Assembly: GCA_965230915.1 (NCBI GenBank)
Contig: OZ246395.1
Coordinates: forward strand, 204,019 to 268,018
Direction: 5' to 3'
DNA length: 64,000 nt
DNA from: an uncultured Candidatus Saccharibacteria bacterium
GTDB taxonomy: Bacteria > Patescibacteriota > WWE3 > 2-01-FULL-39-13
The stretch's first letter is position 1; each line of letters starts with the position of its first letter. Positions 1 to 10,632 of the stretch are shown here, piece by piece. Below the pieces are notes generated by a model that searched no databases, was not told where the DNA came from, and saw nothing but the letters and a program-made list of their open reading frames with translations. The position numbers and the translations under genes were made by a program.

Positions 1-1
1 A

Positions 2-3000
2 GAAAAACTCGAGGTATTTAATGCTGGAGAGGTTTACGCAAGAGTAACAAACACCCAATCAACCGGAGCTGCAGGAATCAACTTATCATCAGGTACGGCA
101 TATAGCTTGATATTCACCAATTCACAGAGCCAGACTAGCTACGGCGGTGTTAACTCGCTAAACCTATACGGTGGTCCAAGTTCTCCGATAGCATTTTTGG
201 TAAATGATAATCCGGTACCTGCAATGACAATTAACACATCAGGAAGAGTCGGAATTGGAACAACCAATCCAGGACTCTTCACATTGGGCGTAGGCGGAAG
301 TGCAAACTTTGGAAACTTAGCTATCGGTGGATTATTGCTAAATACAAATTCAAGTGCAACATCTGGTGCAACATTAGTAGGTCTAAATGATAACTCTTTA
401 ACCTACATCTCAAGTAACACAAACGTTCAGTCAGCTATCGAGCAATTAGACGCAGCCATCGTAGGTGTAGCTGCTTCTGGCGGACTTTGGACCGATGGCG
501 GTACAACAACATACTTAAATTCATTAACAGATAATATTGGGATCGGATACACAGCAACAAACTACAAATTAGGCGTAAATGGAACAGCTGCAGTCTTGAA
601 CTTAGTACTTGGCGGAACTCAAATCACCTCAAGTGCTACAGAATTAAACAAATTAACAGGCGCTACATTATCTACAACAGAACTTAACTACTTAACCGGA
701 ACAACAGTTACAAACGGTGGAGTATTATTCGGCGACGGATCAAAGATCACAAATGATGCTGCAAGCTTCTACTTTGATAATACAAATGACAGATTAGGTT
801 TGGGAACTACAGCTCCATCACAAAGATTCCAGGTAAATACAAATGGTTCTGCATTCGTAGTAACAAGCACAGGTAACGTAGGGGTAGGAACAACTTCTCC
901 TCTTGCAAACTTTGATACAAATGGAACAGCATGGTTAAGAGGTAACACCGCTGCAGTATCTGGTTTATACGTAAATACATCAGGAAACGTTGCAATCGGA
1001 GGAACAGCAGCATCAAATGCTCCATTCTTCTTTAACAACACAAGCGGATTCACAACTAACTTAAGTTCAGCAACAGCATTAACAGTTGGTGCATCAGGAA
1101 CAGCTCAAGCTACATTCGATACAACACTTGGAGCATCAACAGATATGTTCAAACTAAATGTTCCATCAGGATCAACTGTCGGAAATATCTTCGCTATCTA
1201 TGATAACGGCTCTCCGGTATTTAAGGTTTCGCAAAACCAGATTGAGTCAGCAGTTCCACATACATTTACAGCTGCAGGTGATGTTTCGATGGCATATGAT
1301 CTAAACTTCACAAACCCAACAGCTGCATATGTAAACTTTGACGGTCCTGGATATATCAGAACAAATAACCCAAGCGGTAACCACAACTTAACCTTCAGTG
1401 CAGCAAATAGTGGAGTAGTTTACGTAGACGACAACTTCACAGTATCTGGAACACAACAGACATATACAAATGCAACGGCATTAGACTTGGCTGCATCAAC
1501 AACAGCTCTAAATATCGAAGCCGGCCTTCTAAATCTTGATACAACAAACTCGAGAGTTGGAATCGGAACAACAGCTCCAGAAAGCAAATTAACCGTAGCT
1601 GGTAGTGCAACAATAGGCGCAGCTTACACAGGAGTTGGTATTTCTGCTCCATCAAATGGACTATTAGTACAAGGTAATACAGGAATCGGATCATCAGCTC
1701 CAAATGCTTTATTAAGCGTTGGTGCTACAAACCAATTCAATGTAAATTCATCAGGCAACATAACAAGAATCGGCGGAGTTAACCATAATGTTTCAAATAG
1801 CTCCGGAAACTTATTACTACAATCAAACGGCGAATTAGTATTCGATGATTCATCAGTATCTACAACAATTCAATTAAGCGACACAGATACAACATTGCCA
1901 GCCGGAAACATCGGTATCATCGATGCAATAAACGACGCATATAACGCAGCGGTATCGGCAGGTGGAGTTTGGACAGATGGTGGTACAACAACATACTTAA
2001 CATCATTAACAGATAACGTCGGTATCGGATTAACTGCTACAAACTACAAACTTGCAGTTTCAGGAACAGCAGCATTCAGCAACCTAGTATTAGGTGGAGC
2101 TCAAGTAACATCAACAGCTGCACAATTAAACTTCTTAACCGGAACAACAGTATCAACAGGCGGAATATTATTCGGTGACGGATCAAAGATCACAAATGAT
2201 CAAGCTAACTTCTTCTGGGATAACACATCAAAGAAACTTGGAATCGGAACAACAGCTCCAGAAAGTTACTTAACAATCAGAAATAATGCACAAATCGGAT
2301 ACACAGGTATCGGTAGATCTGCTCCGGTATTCGGATTATTAGTACAAGGTAACGTCGGTATCGGTATGACTAACCCAGGCGGTTACAACTTAAATGTCGG
2401 CGGATCAGCAAACTTCACAAACTTATTTGTCGGAAATGTTAATATCGGAAGTACTCAGCCAACAGGCTCTGGTGCAACATTAATTGGAACATATGATGAA
2501 TTTGCAAATTCAAACAGCACCAATGTTCAAGATGTATTAGATGACCTTGATTCAGCTATATCTGGTGCATCACATAACGCAGTAACTTTGGCGGGATCAT
2601 ATAATTATTTAACAATTGACGGATCACAGGTAATAACTTTAGGCGCAATTGACTTAGCTACAGGTACTGGAGATGTAACCGGATTATTAGGAGTTACCAA
2701 TGGTGGTCTGGGCGCAAATGTAACAGCAGTTGGCGCTGGTGAAATTCTATATTCAACTTCTTCAAGCGCATATGATTCATTAGCAGCTGGAAATAGCGGT
2801 CAAATCTTAACATCTGGCGGAGCAGGTTCGCCAAGCTGGAGTAACGTCACAACATTAATCTCAGCCGGTGATGACATCGATGTAACTGGAACTACAACAG
2901 CTACGGTAGCTTTAGAAGATGATGTCGACTTATCGGTATTAAGAGCAAGCTCAGTAGCAGGTCTTAAATTATTCGACGACGGAAGCAACCTTGGAATATT

Positions 3001-6000
3001 TATACAAGACGGTGGAAATGTCGGTATCGGAACTTCATCGCCAACAGCTCAATTGAGTCTAGGTTCTACAGGCTACACATTCGCAACAAGCGGATTGTCA
3101 TTCGGCGACGGAGACACAGGATTCTTTGAAAGCGCAGATGACAGATTGAACTTACAAACAGGTGGTTCAATAAGATTCACAGTTGACTCAAATGGAAGAA
3201 TTGGAATCGGAACAACCGCTCCGGAGTCTCCATTATCATTGGCAGGTGGAGCAACAATCGGATCAGGCTACACAGGTACAGGAGTTTCAGCTCCAACAAA
3301 CGGATTATTAGTACAAGGTAAAGTTGGAATCGGAACAACCAATCCAGCTTATGATTTAGATGTGATTTCAACAGGATCACCGACCTTCAGAATCGCAACA
3401 ACATCTAGCTCTAATAACCCTGCAACACTAGTATTGCGTGGATATCAATCAACCGATAATGCATTAATTAATGAAATTCAATTTAGAACAAATAATGGTG
3501 GTTCGATTACTTCATCGATTCAGAACCTAAAGGGATCAGGTAGCGGAGATGGATACTTAACATTCTCAACTGGAACCAGCGGAACTTTAACTACAAGAAT
3601 GCAAATTTCACAAGGTGGAAACGTAGGAATCGGAACAACTGTTCCTGGATCATTATTATCAGTTGCATCAAATGCAGCAATCGGTGCTCTATATTCAAGA
3701 TATAGTGCTCCATCAAACGGATTAATCGTACAAGGCGCTGTAGGAATCGGAAATAGCAACCCAGGAGCATTCGCATTAGGTGTAACTGGTGGAATAAATG
3801 TTTCAGACGACTTCTATGTAAACTCAGTTGGACTAAATGACAATGCAAGTTCGGCATCAGGCGCTTCATTGGTAGGACTTTGGGATGATAGCATGACTTA
3901 TATTTCTGCAAATACAAATGTTCAAAGTGCTATCAAACAATTAGACTCAGCAATCTTATCTGGAGTAATTTCCGGAACCGACAATAGAATCGCAAGATTT
4001 AATGCTGCTGGAAACAACGTAGAAAACTCATCACTAAACGATAACTATACAGGTGGAGTCGCATTAACAATCGACGGCGAAGGTGACATCGGAATCGGAG
4101 TAACAGCTTCAATTTACAAATTAAATGTTTCAGGAAGCTTGAATACAACATCTCTATACATAAACGGTACACAGGTAACTTCAGATGCTGCTGAATTAAA
4201 TATCTTAGATGGAGTAACCTCAAATGCTACAGAGCTTAACTACTTAGACGGCGCAAGTGCAAACAACGGTGGCTTAGTATTTGGAAATGGAACCAACCTA
4301 ACTCAAGATTCAGCAAACTTATTCTGGAACGACTCAACAAATAGATTAGGTATCGGAACAACAGCTCCAGCTAGCGCATTATCAGTAGCTGCTGGTGGAA
4401 CATTCGGTTCAGGATATTCAGCATTTGCAGCTCCGACAAACGGATTACTAGTACAGGGCAACGTCGGAATCGGTTCTACTAACCCAGCATTCAAACTTGA
4501 TGTAAACGGAGCTGGAAGAGCGAACAGTTTCTTGACAGGTGCATTGGTATTATCAAACTCAGACGCAAGCTTATTAACAGGTAAAGCAGGTCTTAATGGA
4601 TTCTCGGCATTTAACGGTGGAATTGGAACTGGCGGAAAAGACAGCCTATTGGCTCTTCAAAGAATCACCTCGTCAGGAAACTTAGTAAATATCGGATCAA
4701 TTAAGGCTGGCGAGACTTTATTAACCAGCGGTGGAACATTCGCAGCAAAAGTCGACTATGCCACCGATACAAACCCATGGTTTATGTCGAAGGGCGATGT
4801 AAATGGTGATGGTTTTATTGATATTGTTAGCGCTAACTATAGTGGTGACTCAGTATCAGTCTTAATAAACGATGGTGATGGAACATTTGCAAGTAATGCT
4901 GATTATACAACTGACACAGGTCCAGTAAGTGTTGCCGTCGGAGATATGAACGGTGATGGTTTTGCCGACCTTGCTTCGGCTAATCAAACAAATGATACGA
5001 TGTCGGTATTTATAAATGATGGTGATGGAACATTTGCAGCTAAAGTTGATTATGCTACCGGTGATAATCCATGGGATTTAGATATCGCAGATGTAAACAA
5101 CGATGGTATAGCCGACATCGCAGTTGTAAACCAGACCGCAGATACGGTTTCAGTATTCATCAATAATGGAAACGGAACATTTGCAGCTAAGGTAGATTAC
5201 TCGGTAGATACAACTCCTGAAGGTGTTGTAATCACTGATGTAAATGGTGACGGATATGCAGATATTGCAACTGGTAATTCATCAGGTCTATCTGCAACTG
5301 TTTTATTAAATGATAGAGACGGAACATTTAGTAATAGAGCTGACTATAACACAGTATCAAATGGCCCTAACGATATTAAAGCCGGCGATATGAATGGCGA
5401 TGGCAAGGTTGACTTGGTTGTTTCATATAATATTTATATCGGAATCTTTATGAATAATGGCGACGGAACATTTGCTTCGGTTGCTACATACTCTTCAAAC
5501 GGAAACTTCCCATCATCGGTAGAACTGGGCGATATTAATGGCGATGGCATGTTAGATGTTTCTACAACTAACTATATGGACGATGAATTGGCTTTATTAA
5601 CAAACGATGGCGATGGAACATTAACTGTCGCATCAGAAATAACGGCTGGCGACGAGCCACTCTCATCAGTAATAGCTGACTTTAATAATGACGGCAAAGC
5701 TGATATTGCAACTGTGAACTGGGGAGATTCAGATGTTTCGGTATTCATTAACCAACCTACAACAATGTTCTATGCAAATGCATCTAACGGTAGAGTCGGA
5801 ATTGGAACAACCGCAACTGACTTCCAATTAACTCTAGGTGGAAGTTTGGGCCCAAGCATTAACGATACTTATGATTTAGGATCCGACTCAAAGAGATTCA
5901 GAGATTTATACTTAGGCCCAGATACATTGCATATCGGTACTTCAACATCTGATGAATATGCAATCGGATACGACACAACAAACAATAGATTAGGATTCAA

Positions 6001-9000
6001 CGTAAACGGATCTGGAAATGCAGAAATCGTATTTGATTCAAACGGAAACGTCGGAATTGGAACAACTAACCCAGGTGCGTATGCATTAGGAGTAGGCGGA
6101 ACAGGCAACTTTGCTGGACTTGCAATTAGAGGATTAGATATCTCAACAAACTCATCAGCAACATCTGGAGCAACTTTGATCGGATTAAATGACGATACAA
6201 TGACCTACATATCTGCAAATACAAGTGTTCAAAGTGCTATCAAGCAATTAGATACAGCTATTGGTGCAGTTGCTGCAACAGCTGGAGTAACATCTATAAC
6301 TGGTACAGCAAATCAAATAGCTGCTTCGGCTTCAACAGGGGCTATAACTCTAAGCTTGCCATCAACATTAATCGCTCCAGGAACATTCCAATCACTAGGT
6401 AATATAACCTTTGGTGATGCGTCGGGAGACAGCGTGACATCAAATGCTGCAAGTTGGACATTTGCAAATGATACAAATGTAACTTTATCTGGCGGAGTAG
6501 CAGGTCTAAGTTTTGATACAAGCACACTATCTATTGATTCCACAAATGACAGAGTTGGAATTGGAACAACCGGACCACAAGGCCTACTTTCAGTCGCAGG
6601 CAATGCAATCATTGGACAAGGAATAACAGCTGGTACGACACAGCTATATATCGGATCAACGGTTGGCGTTTCAGATAAGGCTTTGTTAATTGAATATGAC
6701 AACACCAATAATGCTGCCAGACTTAGAATAGCCGGAGACAGCAGCCCGCTTGGCTTGAGTGTCCATGATGGCGGAAATGTAGGTATAGGTGTAACAGCTG
6801 CAAACAGTTTATTACATATTTCCGGTGTGTCTAATCAGTTTAATATTCAACAATCAAATGCAACAAACGCTAACTCAAGAATTATGCTTTCAGATTCGGC
6901 AAACACATTGCTAGGAGTATTAGAAACTGGAAAAGGTAGCCATAGACATACCTTTGCTGACGGTTCAGTATTCGCTAGTGGGTACTTAGCTTTATACAAT
7001 GTTCAGGCTCAACCTCTATTATTCGGTACTAACGATACAATTAGAATGACTCTTGATTCATCCGGCAATCTTGGTGTCGGAACAACAAATCCAAGAAGTT
7101 TATTATCAGTAGCAGGTGGAGGACAATTCGGTTCAGGTTACGCAGGTATGGGTGCATCAGCTCCAACAAACGGATTGCTTGTCGAAGGCAATACAGGTAT
7201 CGGAACAACTGCTCCAACATTCAAACTTGATGTGGTAAGTTCAACAACCGCAGGCGGATTCCAATTAACAGCTGATTCAGTAACTACTGGAATAGGTTCA
7301 AACTTCAGCTTTGATGGATTAACAACCGGAACAGGTCTAAACATTGCTTCAACATCAACAGCACTAACAACTGGTACATTAGGAAGCTTCGACTGGTCAC
7401 CAACAAGCACAACTTCTGCGACCGGTGATCTATTCAAACTAAATGTAGGTGCAAATGGATCAATCGGAAATGTATTTGCTGCTTACGACAACAGCTCATT
7501 GTTATTCAGAATCTCACAGACTCAAATCGAATCAGCTGTTCCACACTTGTTCAGCTCTACCGGAGATGTCTCTATCGCAAACGATTTAGTAATGACAAAT
7601 CAAACAGCATCATTCATAAATTCATATGGTCCATTAACAGTTACAAGTGGAGAATCGTTTGAAAACTTACCATTAACTCTAAAGACATACGGAACAGGAA
7701 GCTTGTTATTAGACGTTCCAGGTGGAGTAGATTTGAACCAATCACAGAATTGGACGCTTGCTACAGGTACAGCTGCACTAAATATAGGTAATGGATTGTT
7801 TAACCTAGACACGACAAATAGCTATATCGGAGTTGGAACAACTGCTCCTAGTGCTTACTTCCACGGTGGAACAAATAGAGTTTTAGAAATACAAAATCCA
7901 GGAACAGCAACTAACAGCCAAGCACACTTAATACTAAGTACTGGTGCAACAACTAACTTTGGATCAGTCGGAAGTTTATCTTGGATGACTCCTAATTCAT
8001 CATCAAATAAAGGCGTTGCTTATATCTCAGCTACGACAACACTTTCTGCAGCAACCAATGCTAGCGGTGCTCTTATATTTGCAACAGCAAATGCTGCTAA
8101 TCCATCAGAAAGAATGAGAATACTACCAAACGGAAATGTCGGAATTGGTACTACTGGTTCTCAGACTGTAAGGTTATTTGCTTCAACTGATGTAGCTGGA
8201 TATGCCGCATATTTCTTCAATGATGGTAATGCAACAACTAGAGCAGGTATTGGAATCCAGGGTGGTCTTGATAGTACCGCTGGTCAAACTAAATTAATTA
8301 CTTTCTTTGACGGAGATGGAACCGAAGTTGGAGATATTTCAAACAATAACGGTACAGTTTCATTAACCGCTTTCACGGGATCTCACTTGGTATCTTTACC
8401 ACAATCAGATAATGCAAATGGTTACTCATACGGAACCCTAGTTTGTTTAACAAAGACAACAACTCCTGATAACACTTATCAGCCAGTATATGAAGCTAAG
8501 AAATGTTCAGATCCATATTCATCTAGCGTATTCGGTGCATATGCATATAAAGATACAACCAAGTCAAATGTCCACGGATTATATTCTGTTGGAGATGGTC
8601 ATGTCTTGGTAACAACTGAAAACGGAGAAATTAACATCGGCGATAGAATCGTAACTTCTGGCTTAGCAGGATATGGAATGAAAGCTACAGAATCTGGAAC
8701 AATCGTCGCGGTAGCAACCGGTGATTGGGCTGACATAGAAGACAAGACAACCGTAACATTGCCAGATGGAAGACAAGTTGAAGCTGGTTTAATTCCAGTT
8801 TCATATTATCCAGGTGTTTACTACACAATCCCTGGCGACTTACCAACACTAGCTGACTTAGGCTTAGAAAGTGGAGATAAATTAACCCTAGATACCGAAG
8901 ACGGATCAGACACATTCTTTACACACGATTCTGGTCTAAACAAATTAGATCTATCAGTAGACGGGGTTAACGCTTTCAGCTTCTCAGCAAATGGAAGTTC

Positions 9001-10351
9001 AAGCAACGGATATGTAGCTACACCATTATCAGAATTAGCAGAAAGTTATCCGACGAACGATGTATCTCTAGAACCAGGAGACGTAGTAGTACTTGATAAG
9101 CCAACCGAAGAAGAAGCCGCAGATACAAGCAAATACTTGGTATCTAAATCAAACGGTGAAAATAAAGGCGCAGTATTAGGTATTGTTTCAAGCAAACCTG
9201 GAATATTATTAAGCGGCGGCGAATTTAAAGCACAAATCTGTAGCGCAGTAGAAGCAAACGAAGAAGATGCAAAACAAAGCTTAATAACAAAAGAAATACG
9301 AACATTAGCAGAAAAGACAGTCGATGCACAAATTGCAGCTGCAGCAGAAAACGGCGAAGACATATCAGCTGATAGAGACGAAATGATCGAAGATGCAGTC
9401 GCCGATTTAACAGCTCAATATGACAACGGCGAAGCAGTATTAGACCTTGGAACATTCGCATCTATAGAAGATCAAATTTCGTCATGCAAGTCTACAAAAC
9501 AGGTCGAAGTTGCAATATCAGGAAGAGCTCCAGTCAAATACGACAACAGCAACGGAGAAATTGAAGCAGGTGACTTACTTGCAGTATCAGAAGTCGAGCC
9601 AGGAAAAGTAATCAAAGCAACCGAAAAAGGTTGGGTGATCGGTCGTGCATTAGAAGACGCAACTGAAAACACCGGAATCATAATGGCAGCTGTTAATTTA
9701 ACCTGGTTCTCAGGTGACGAAGAAGCATTAGTCTTCGATACAACAGAACCTACAGACCTTGAATCACTAGAAGATATATTAGAAATCCAAGATACAGAAG
9801 ATGGCGGAAAGAGAGCAGTATTCTTCAGTGATATGAATGTAACCGGAAACGTAACAGCAGAATCATTTAGCACATTAGGTGAAATTACAGCAGGATTCTT
9901 AGTAATCGATGGTGAAAACGATTCAATCAACGTATTAGGCGGAGGAGATCTAAAACTTCAAACAGATATTAACCCTGGAAATATCGATGCATTCAATGGC
10001 GCAATCGTAATGACACCAGAAGGTGGATTAATTGCTAAAGCTGAAATCACAGCAGACACAATTGTAGCTAGAAAGGTTGCAGTCTTAGGAGAAGAAACAG
10101 TCGCACAACAAGCAGTTAGTGCAGACGGATCAACAATAGGTGAGGGTACATTAGGAACAGGATTACTAGAAGTGACAATAACAAACGCAAACGTAAAGGC
10201 TAACTCAAAGATCTTTATAACACCAACTACATCAACAGGTGGTAAAGCTCTAATCGTTAAGTCAAAAGCTGATGGATCATTCGTAGTATCAATAGATTCT
10301 GCACACAACGCAGATGTGAGTTTCGACTACTGGATAGTCGACGTTCGATAA
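2..10351 (+). CDS. Giant secreted/surface repeat protein, 5'-partial. The reading frame is open back to the window start. The ~500-aa super-repeats contain a 'GIGTT(A/N)P' motif and a 'T(A/S)xELNxL(T/D)G' phage-fibre-like motif. The body also includes a central FG-GAP propeller, an acidic C-terminal region and a triplicated ~50-aa beta-rich motif.
   Basis: Uninterrupted ORF in frame 2 from position 2; the track's TTG at 107 is not the real start. Dozens of copies of 'NVGIGTTNPG' and 'SAPTNGLLVQGNVGIG' are seen directly in the translation, four copies of 'ATLVGLNDxxxTYISxNTxVQSAIxQLDxAI', and seven 'DxNGDGxxD' repeats. No homology search was possible. Confidence 0.85.
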   Translation, partial: EKLEVFNAGEVYARVTNTQSTGAAGINLSSGTAYSLIFTNSQSQTSYGGVNSLNLYGGPSSPIAFLVNDNPVPAMTINTSGRVGIGTTNPGLFTLGVGGSANFGNLAIGGLLLNTNSSATSGATLVGLNDNSLTYISSNTNVQSAIEQLDAAIVGVAASGGLWTDGGTTTYLNSLTDNIGIGYTATNYKLGVNGTAAVLNLVLGGTQITSSATELNKLTGATLSTTELNYLTGTTVTNGGVLFGDGSKITNDAASFYFDNTNDRLGLGTTAPSQRFQVNTNGSAFVVTSTGNVGVGTTSPLANFDTNGTAWLRGNTAAVSGLYVNTSGNVAIGGTAASNAPFFFNNTSGFTTNLSSATALTVGASGTAQATFDTTLGASTDMFKLNVPSGSTVGNIFAIYDNGSPVFKVSQNQIESAVPHTFTAAGDVSMAYDLNFTNPTAAYVNFDGPGYIRTNNPSGNHNLTFSAANSGVVYVDDNFTVSGTQQTYTNATALDLAASTTALNIEAGLLNLDTTNSRVGIGTTAPESKLTVAGSATIGAAYTGVGISAPSNGLLVQGNTGIGSSAPNALLSVGATNQFNVNSSGNITRIGGVNHNVSNSSGNLLLQSNGELVFDDSSVSTTIQLSDTDTTLPAGNIGIIDAINDAYNAAVSAGGVWTDGGTTTYLTSLTDNVGIGLTATNYKLAVSGTAAFSNLVLGGAQVTSTAAQLNFLTGTTVSTGGILFGDGSKITNDQANFFWDNTSKKLGIGTTAPESYLTIRNNAQIGYTGIGRSAPVFGLLVQGNVGIGMTNPGGYNLNVGGSANFTNLFVGNVNIGSTQPTGSGATLIGTYDEFANSNSTNVQDVLDDLDSAISGASHNAVTLAGSYNYLTIDGSQVITLGAIDLATGTGDVTGLLGVTNGGLGANVTAVGAGEILYSTSSSAYDSLAAGNSGQILTSGGAGSPSWSNVTTLISAGDDIDVTGTTTATVALEDDVDLSVLRASSVAGLKLFDDGSNLGIFIQDGGNVGIGTSSPTAQLSLGSTGYTFATSGLSFGDGDTGFFESADDRLNLQTGGSIRFTVDSNGRIGIGTTAPESPLSLAGGATIGSGYTGTGVSAPTNGLLVQGKVGIGTTNPAYDLDVISTGSPTFRIATTSSSNNPATLVLRGYQSTDNALINEIQFRTNNGGSITSSIQNLKGSGSGDGYLTFSTGTSGTLTTRMQISQGGNVGIGTTVPGSLLSVASNAAIGALYSRYSAPSNGLIVQGAVGIGNSNPGAFALGVTGGINVSDDFYVNSVGLNDNASSASGASLVGLWDDSMTYISANTNVQSAIKQLDSAILSGVISGTDNRIARFNAAGNNVENSSLNDNYTGGVALTIDGEGDIGIGVTASIYKLNVSGSLNTTSLYINGTQVTSDAAELNILDGVTSNATELNYLDGASANNGGLVFGNGTNLTQDSANLFWNDSTNRLGIGTTAPASALSVAAGGTFGSGYSAFAAPTNGLLVQGNVGIGSTNPAFKLDVNGAGRANSFLTGALVLSNSDASLLTGKAGLNGFSAFNGGIGTGGKDSLLALQRITSSGNLVNIGSIKAGETLLTSGGTFAAKVDYATDTNPWFMSKGDVNGDGFIDIVSANYSGDSVSVLINDGDGTFASNADYTTDTGPVSVAVGDMNGDGFADLASANQTNDTMSVFINDGDGTFAAKVDYATGDNPWDLDIADVNNDGIADIAVVNQTADTVSVFINNGNGTFAAKVDYSVDTTPEGVVITDVNGDGYADIATGNSSGLSATVLLNDRDGTFSNRADYNTVSNGPNDIKAGDMNGDGKVDLVVSYNIYIGIFMNNGDGTFASVATYSSNGNFPSSVELGDINGDGMLDVSTTNYMDDELALLTNDGDGTLTVASEITAGDEPLSSVIADFNNDGKADIATVNWGDSDVSVFINQPTTMFYANASNGRVGIGTTATDFQLTLGGSLGPSINDTYDLGSDSKRFRDLYLGPDTLHIGTSTSDEYAIGYDTTNNRLGFNVNGSGNAEIVFDSNGNVGIGTTNPGAYALGVGGTGNFAGLAIRGLDISTNSSATSGATLIGLNDDTMTYISANTSVQSAIKQLDTAIGAVAATAGVTSITGTANQIAASASTGAITLSLPSTLIAPGTFQSLGNITFGDASGDSVTSNAASWTFANDTNVTLSGGVAGLSFDTSTLSIDSTNDRVGIGTTGPQGLLSVAGNAIIGQGITAGTTQLYIGSTVGVSDKALLIEYDNTNNAARLRIAGDSSPLGLSVHDGGNVGIGVTAANSLLHISGVSNQFNIQQSNATNANSRIMLSDSANTLLGVLETGKGSHRHTFADGSVFASGYLALYNVQAQPLLFGTNDTIRMTLDSSGNLGVGTTNPRSLLSVAGGGQFGSGYAGMGASAPTNGLLVEGNTGIGTTAPTFKLDVVSSTTAGGFQLTADSVTTGIGSNFSFDGLTTGTGLNIASTSTALTTGTLGSFDWSPTSTTSATGDLFKLNVGANGSIGNVFAAYDNSSLLFRISQTQIESAVPHLFSSTGDVSIANDLVMTNQTASFINSYGPLTVTSGESFENLPLTLKTYGTGSLLLDVPGGVDLNQSQNWTLATGTAALNIGNGLFNLDTTNSYIGVGTTAPSAYFHGGTNRVLEIQNPGTATNSQAHLILSTGATTNFGSVGSLSWMTPNSSSNKGVAYISATTTLSAATNASGALIFATANAANPSERMRILPNGNVGIGTTGSQTVRLFASTDVAGYAAYFFNDGNATTRAGIGIQGGLDSTAGQTKLITFFDGDGTEVGDISNNNGTVSLTAFTGSHLVSLPQSDNANGYSYGTLVCLTKTTTPDNTYQPVYEAKKCSDPYSSSVFGAYAYKDTTKSNVHGLYSVGDGHVLVTTENGEINIGDRIVTSGLAGYGMKATESGTIVAVATGDWADIEDKTTVTLPDGRQVEAGLIPVSYYPGVYYTIPGDLPTLADLGLESGDKLTLDTEDGSDTFFTHDSGLNKLDLSVDGVNAFSFSANGSSSNGYVATPLSELAESYPTNDVSLEPGDVVVLDKPTEEEAADTSKYLVSKSNGENKGAVLGIVSSKPGILLSGGEFKAQICSAVEANEEDAKQSLITKEIRTLAEKTVDAQIAAAAENGEDISADRDEMIEDAVADLTAQYDNGEAVLDLGTFASIEDQISSCKSTKQVEVAISGRAPVKYDNSNGEIEAGDLLAVSEVEPGKVIKATEKGWVIGRALEDATENTGIIMAAVNLTWFSGDEEALVFDTTEPTDLESLEDILEIQDTEDGGKRAVFFSDMNVTGNVTAESFSTLGEITAGFLVIDGENDSINVLGGGDLKLQTDINPGNIDAFNGAIVMTPEGGLIAKAEITADTIVARKVAVLGEETVAQQAVSADGSTIGEGTLGTGLLEVTITNANVKANSKIFITPTTSTGGKALIVKSKADGSFVVSIDSAHNADVSFDYWIVDVR
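4780..5780 (+). repeat. Seven FG-GAP/VCBS-type repeats (DVNGDGFIDIV, DMNGDGFADLA, DVNNDGIADIAV, DVNGDGYADIA, DMNGDGKVDLVV, DINGDGMLDV, DFNNDGKADIA), a predicted 7-bladed integrin-alpha-like beta-propeller inside the giant protein.
   Basis: Periodic ~45-aa repeats, each carrying the Ca-binding-like DxNxDGxxD motif followed by a hydrophobic strand, seen in translated aa ~1560-1890. Confidence 0.6.
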
Positions 10352-10370
10352 AAATGTACCTATGGTATTA

Positions 10371-10577
10371 ATGGTCTCGTGAGACGGCCCATTACAATGG
10401 GTTTTTCGTGAGCCTTTTAATGCTATATAGCATTAAGTTCGTAGCACATTTCGCACATTAGTTTTTAAATGTTTGATTGCAAAGAATAAAAGGTGTCAGA
10501 CCATATCGACCTGACGCAAATCTTGATGGTCTCGTTAATACGATCCATGGGCGGGGAGTTTTTAGCGGGCCTTTTAA
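10371..10577 (+). promoter_or_regulatory. Leader between giant gene 1 and giant gene 2. Two ~50-nt related modules (10371-10420 and 10526-10577) each begin ATGGTCTCGT, carry a CCATT/CCATGGG core, and end GTTTTT-NNNN-(A/G)GCCTTTTAA. A perfect 20-bp palindrome TTAATGCTATATAGCATTAA lies at 10417-10436.
   Basis: Direct inspection: imperfect direct repeat 155 nt apart, internal palindromes (GTCTCgtGAGAC; CCCATTacAATGGG), and a perfect 20-bp inverted repeat. Confidence 0.4.
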
Positions 10578-10632
10578 GGTTAAAATCTTATTCTTTAAAA
10601 TATTCCTCTCTAAATTTTGCTATTATTTAAGG

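Noticed and set aside
769-10308. Numerous 60-150-aa minus-strand and alternate-frame ORFs inside the giant genes (e.g. 769-1053, 6313-6708, 9472-9930, 11486-11737, 16219-16509, 19637-19915).
   Set aside because: They lie entirely within long, repeat-rich coding sequence on the opposite strand or in another frame, with low-complexity translations and no start or RBS context. These are typical shadow ORFs.
10477-10632. Track start (TTG 10477) of the first LamG giant gene.
   Set aside because: This stretch holds the paired 50-nt modules and the 20-bp palindrome. The paralog's N-terminus aligns only from about 10633 (GTG). It is kept as the alternative start.
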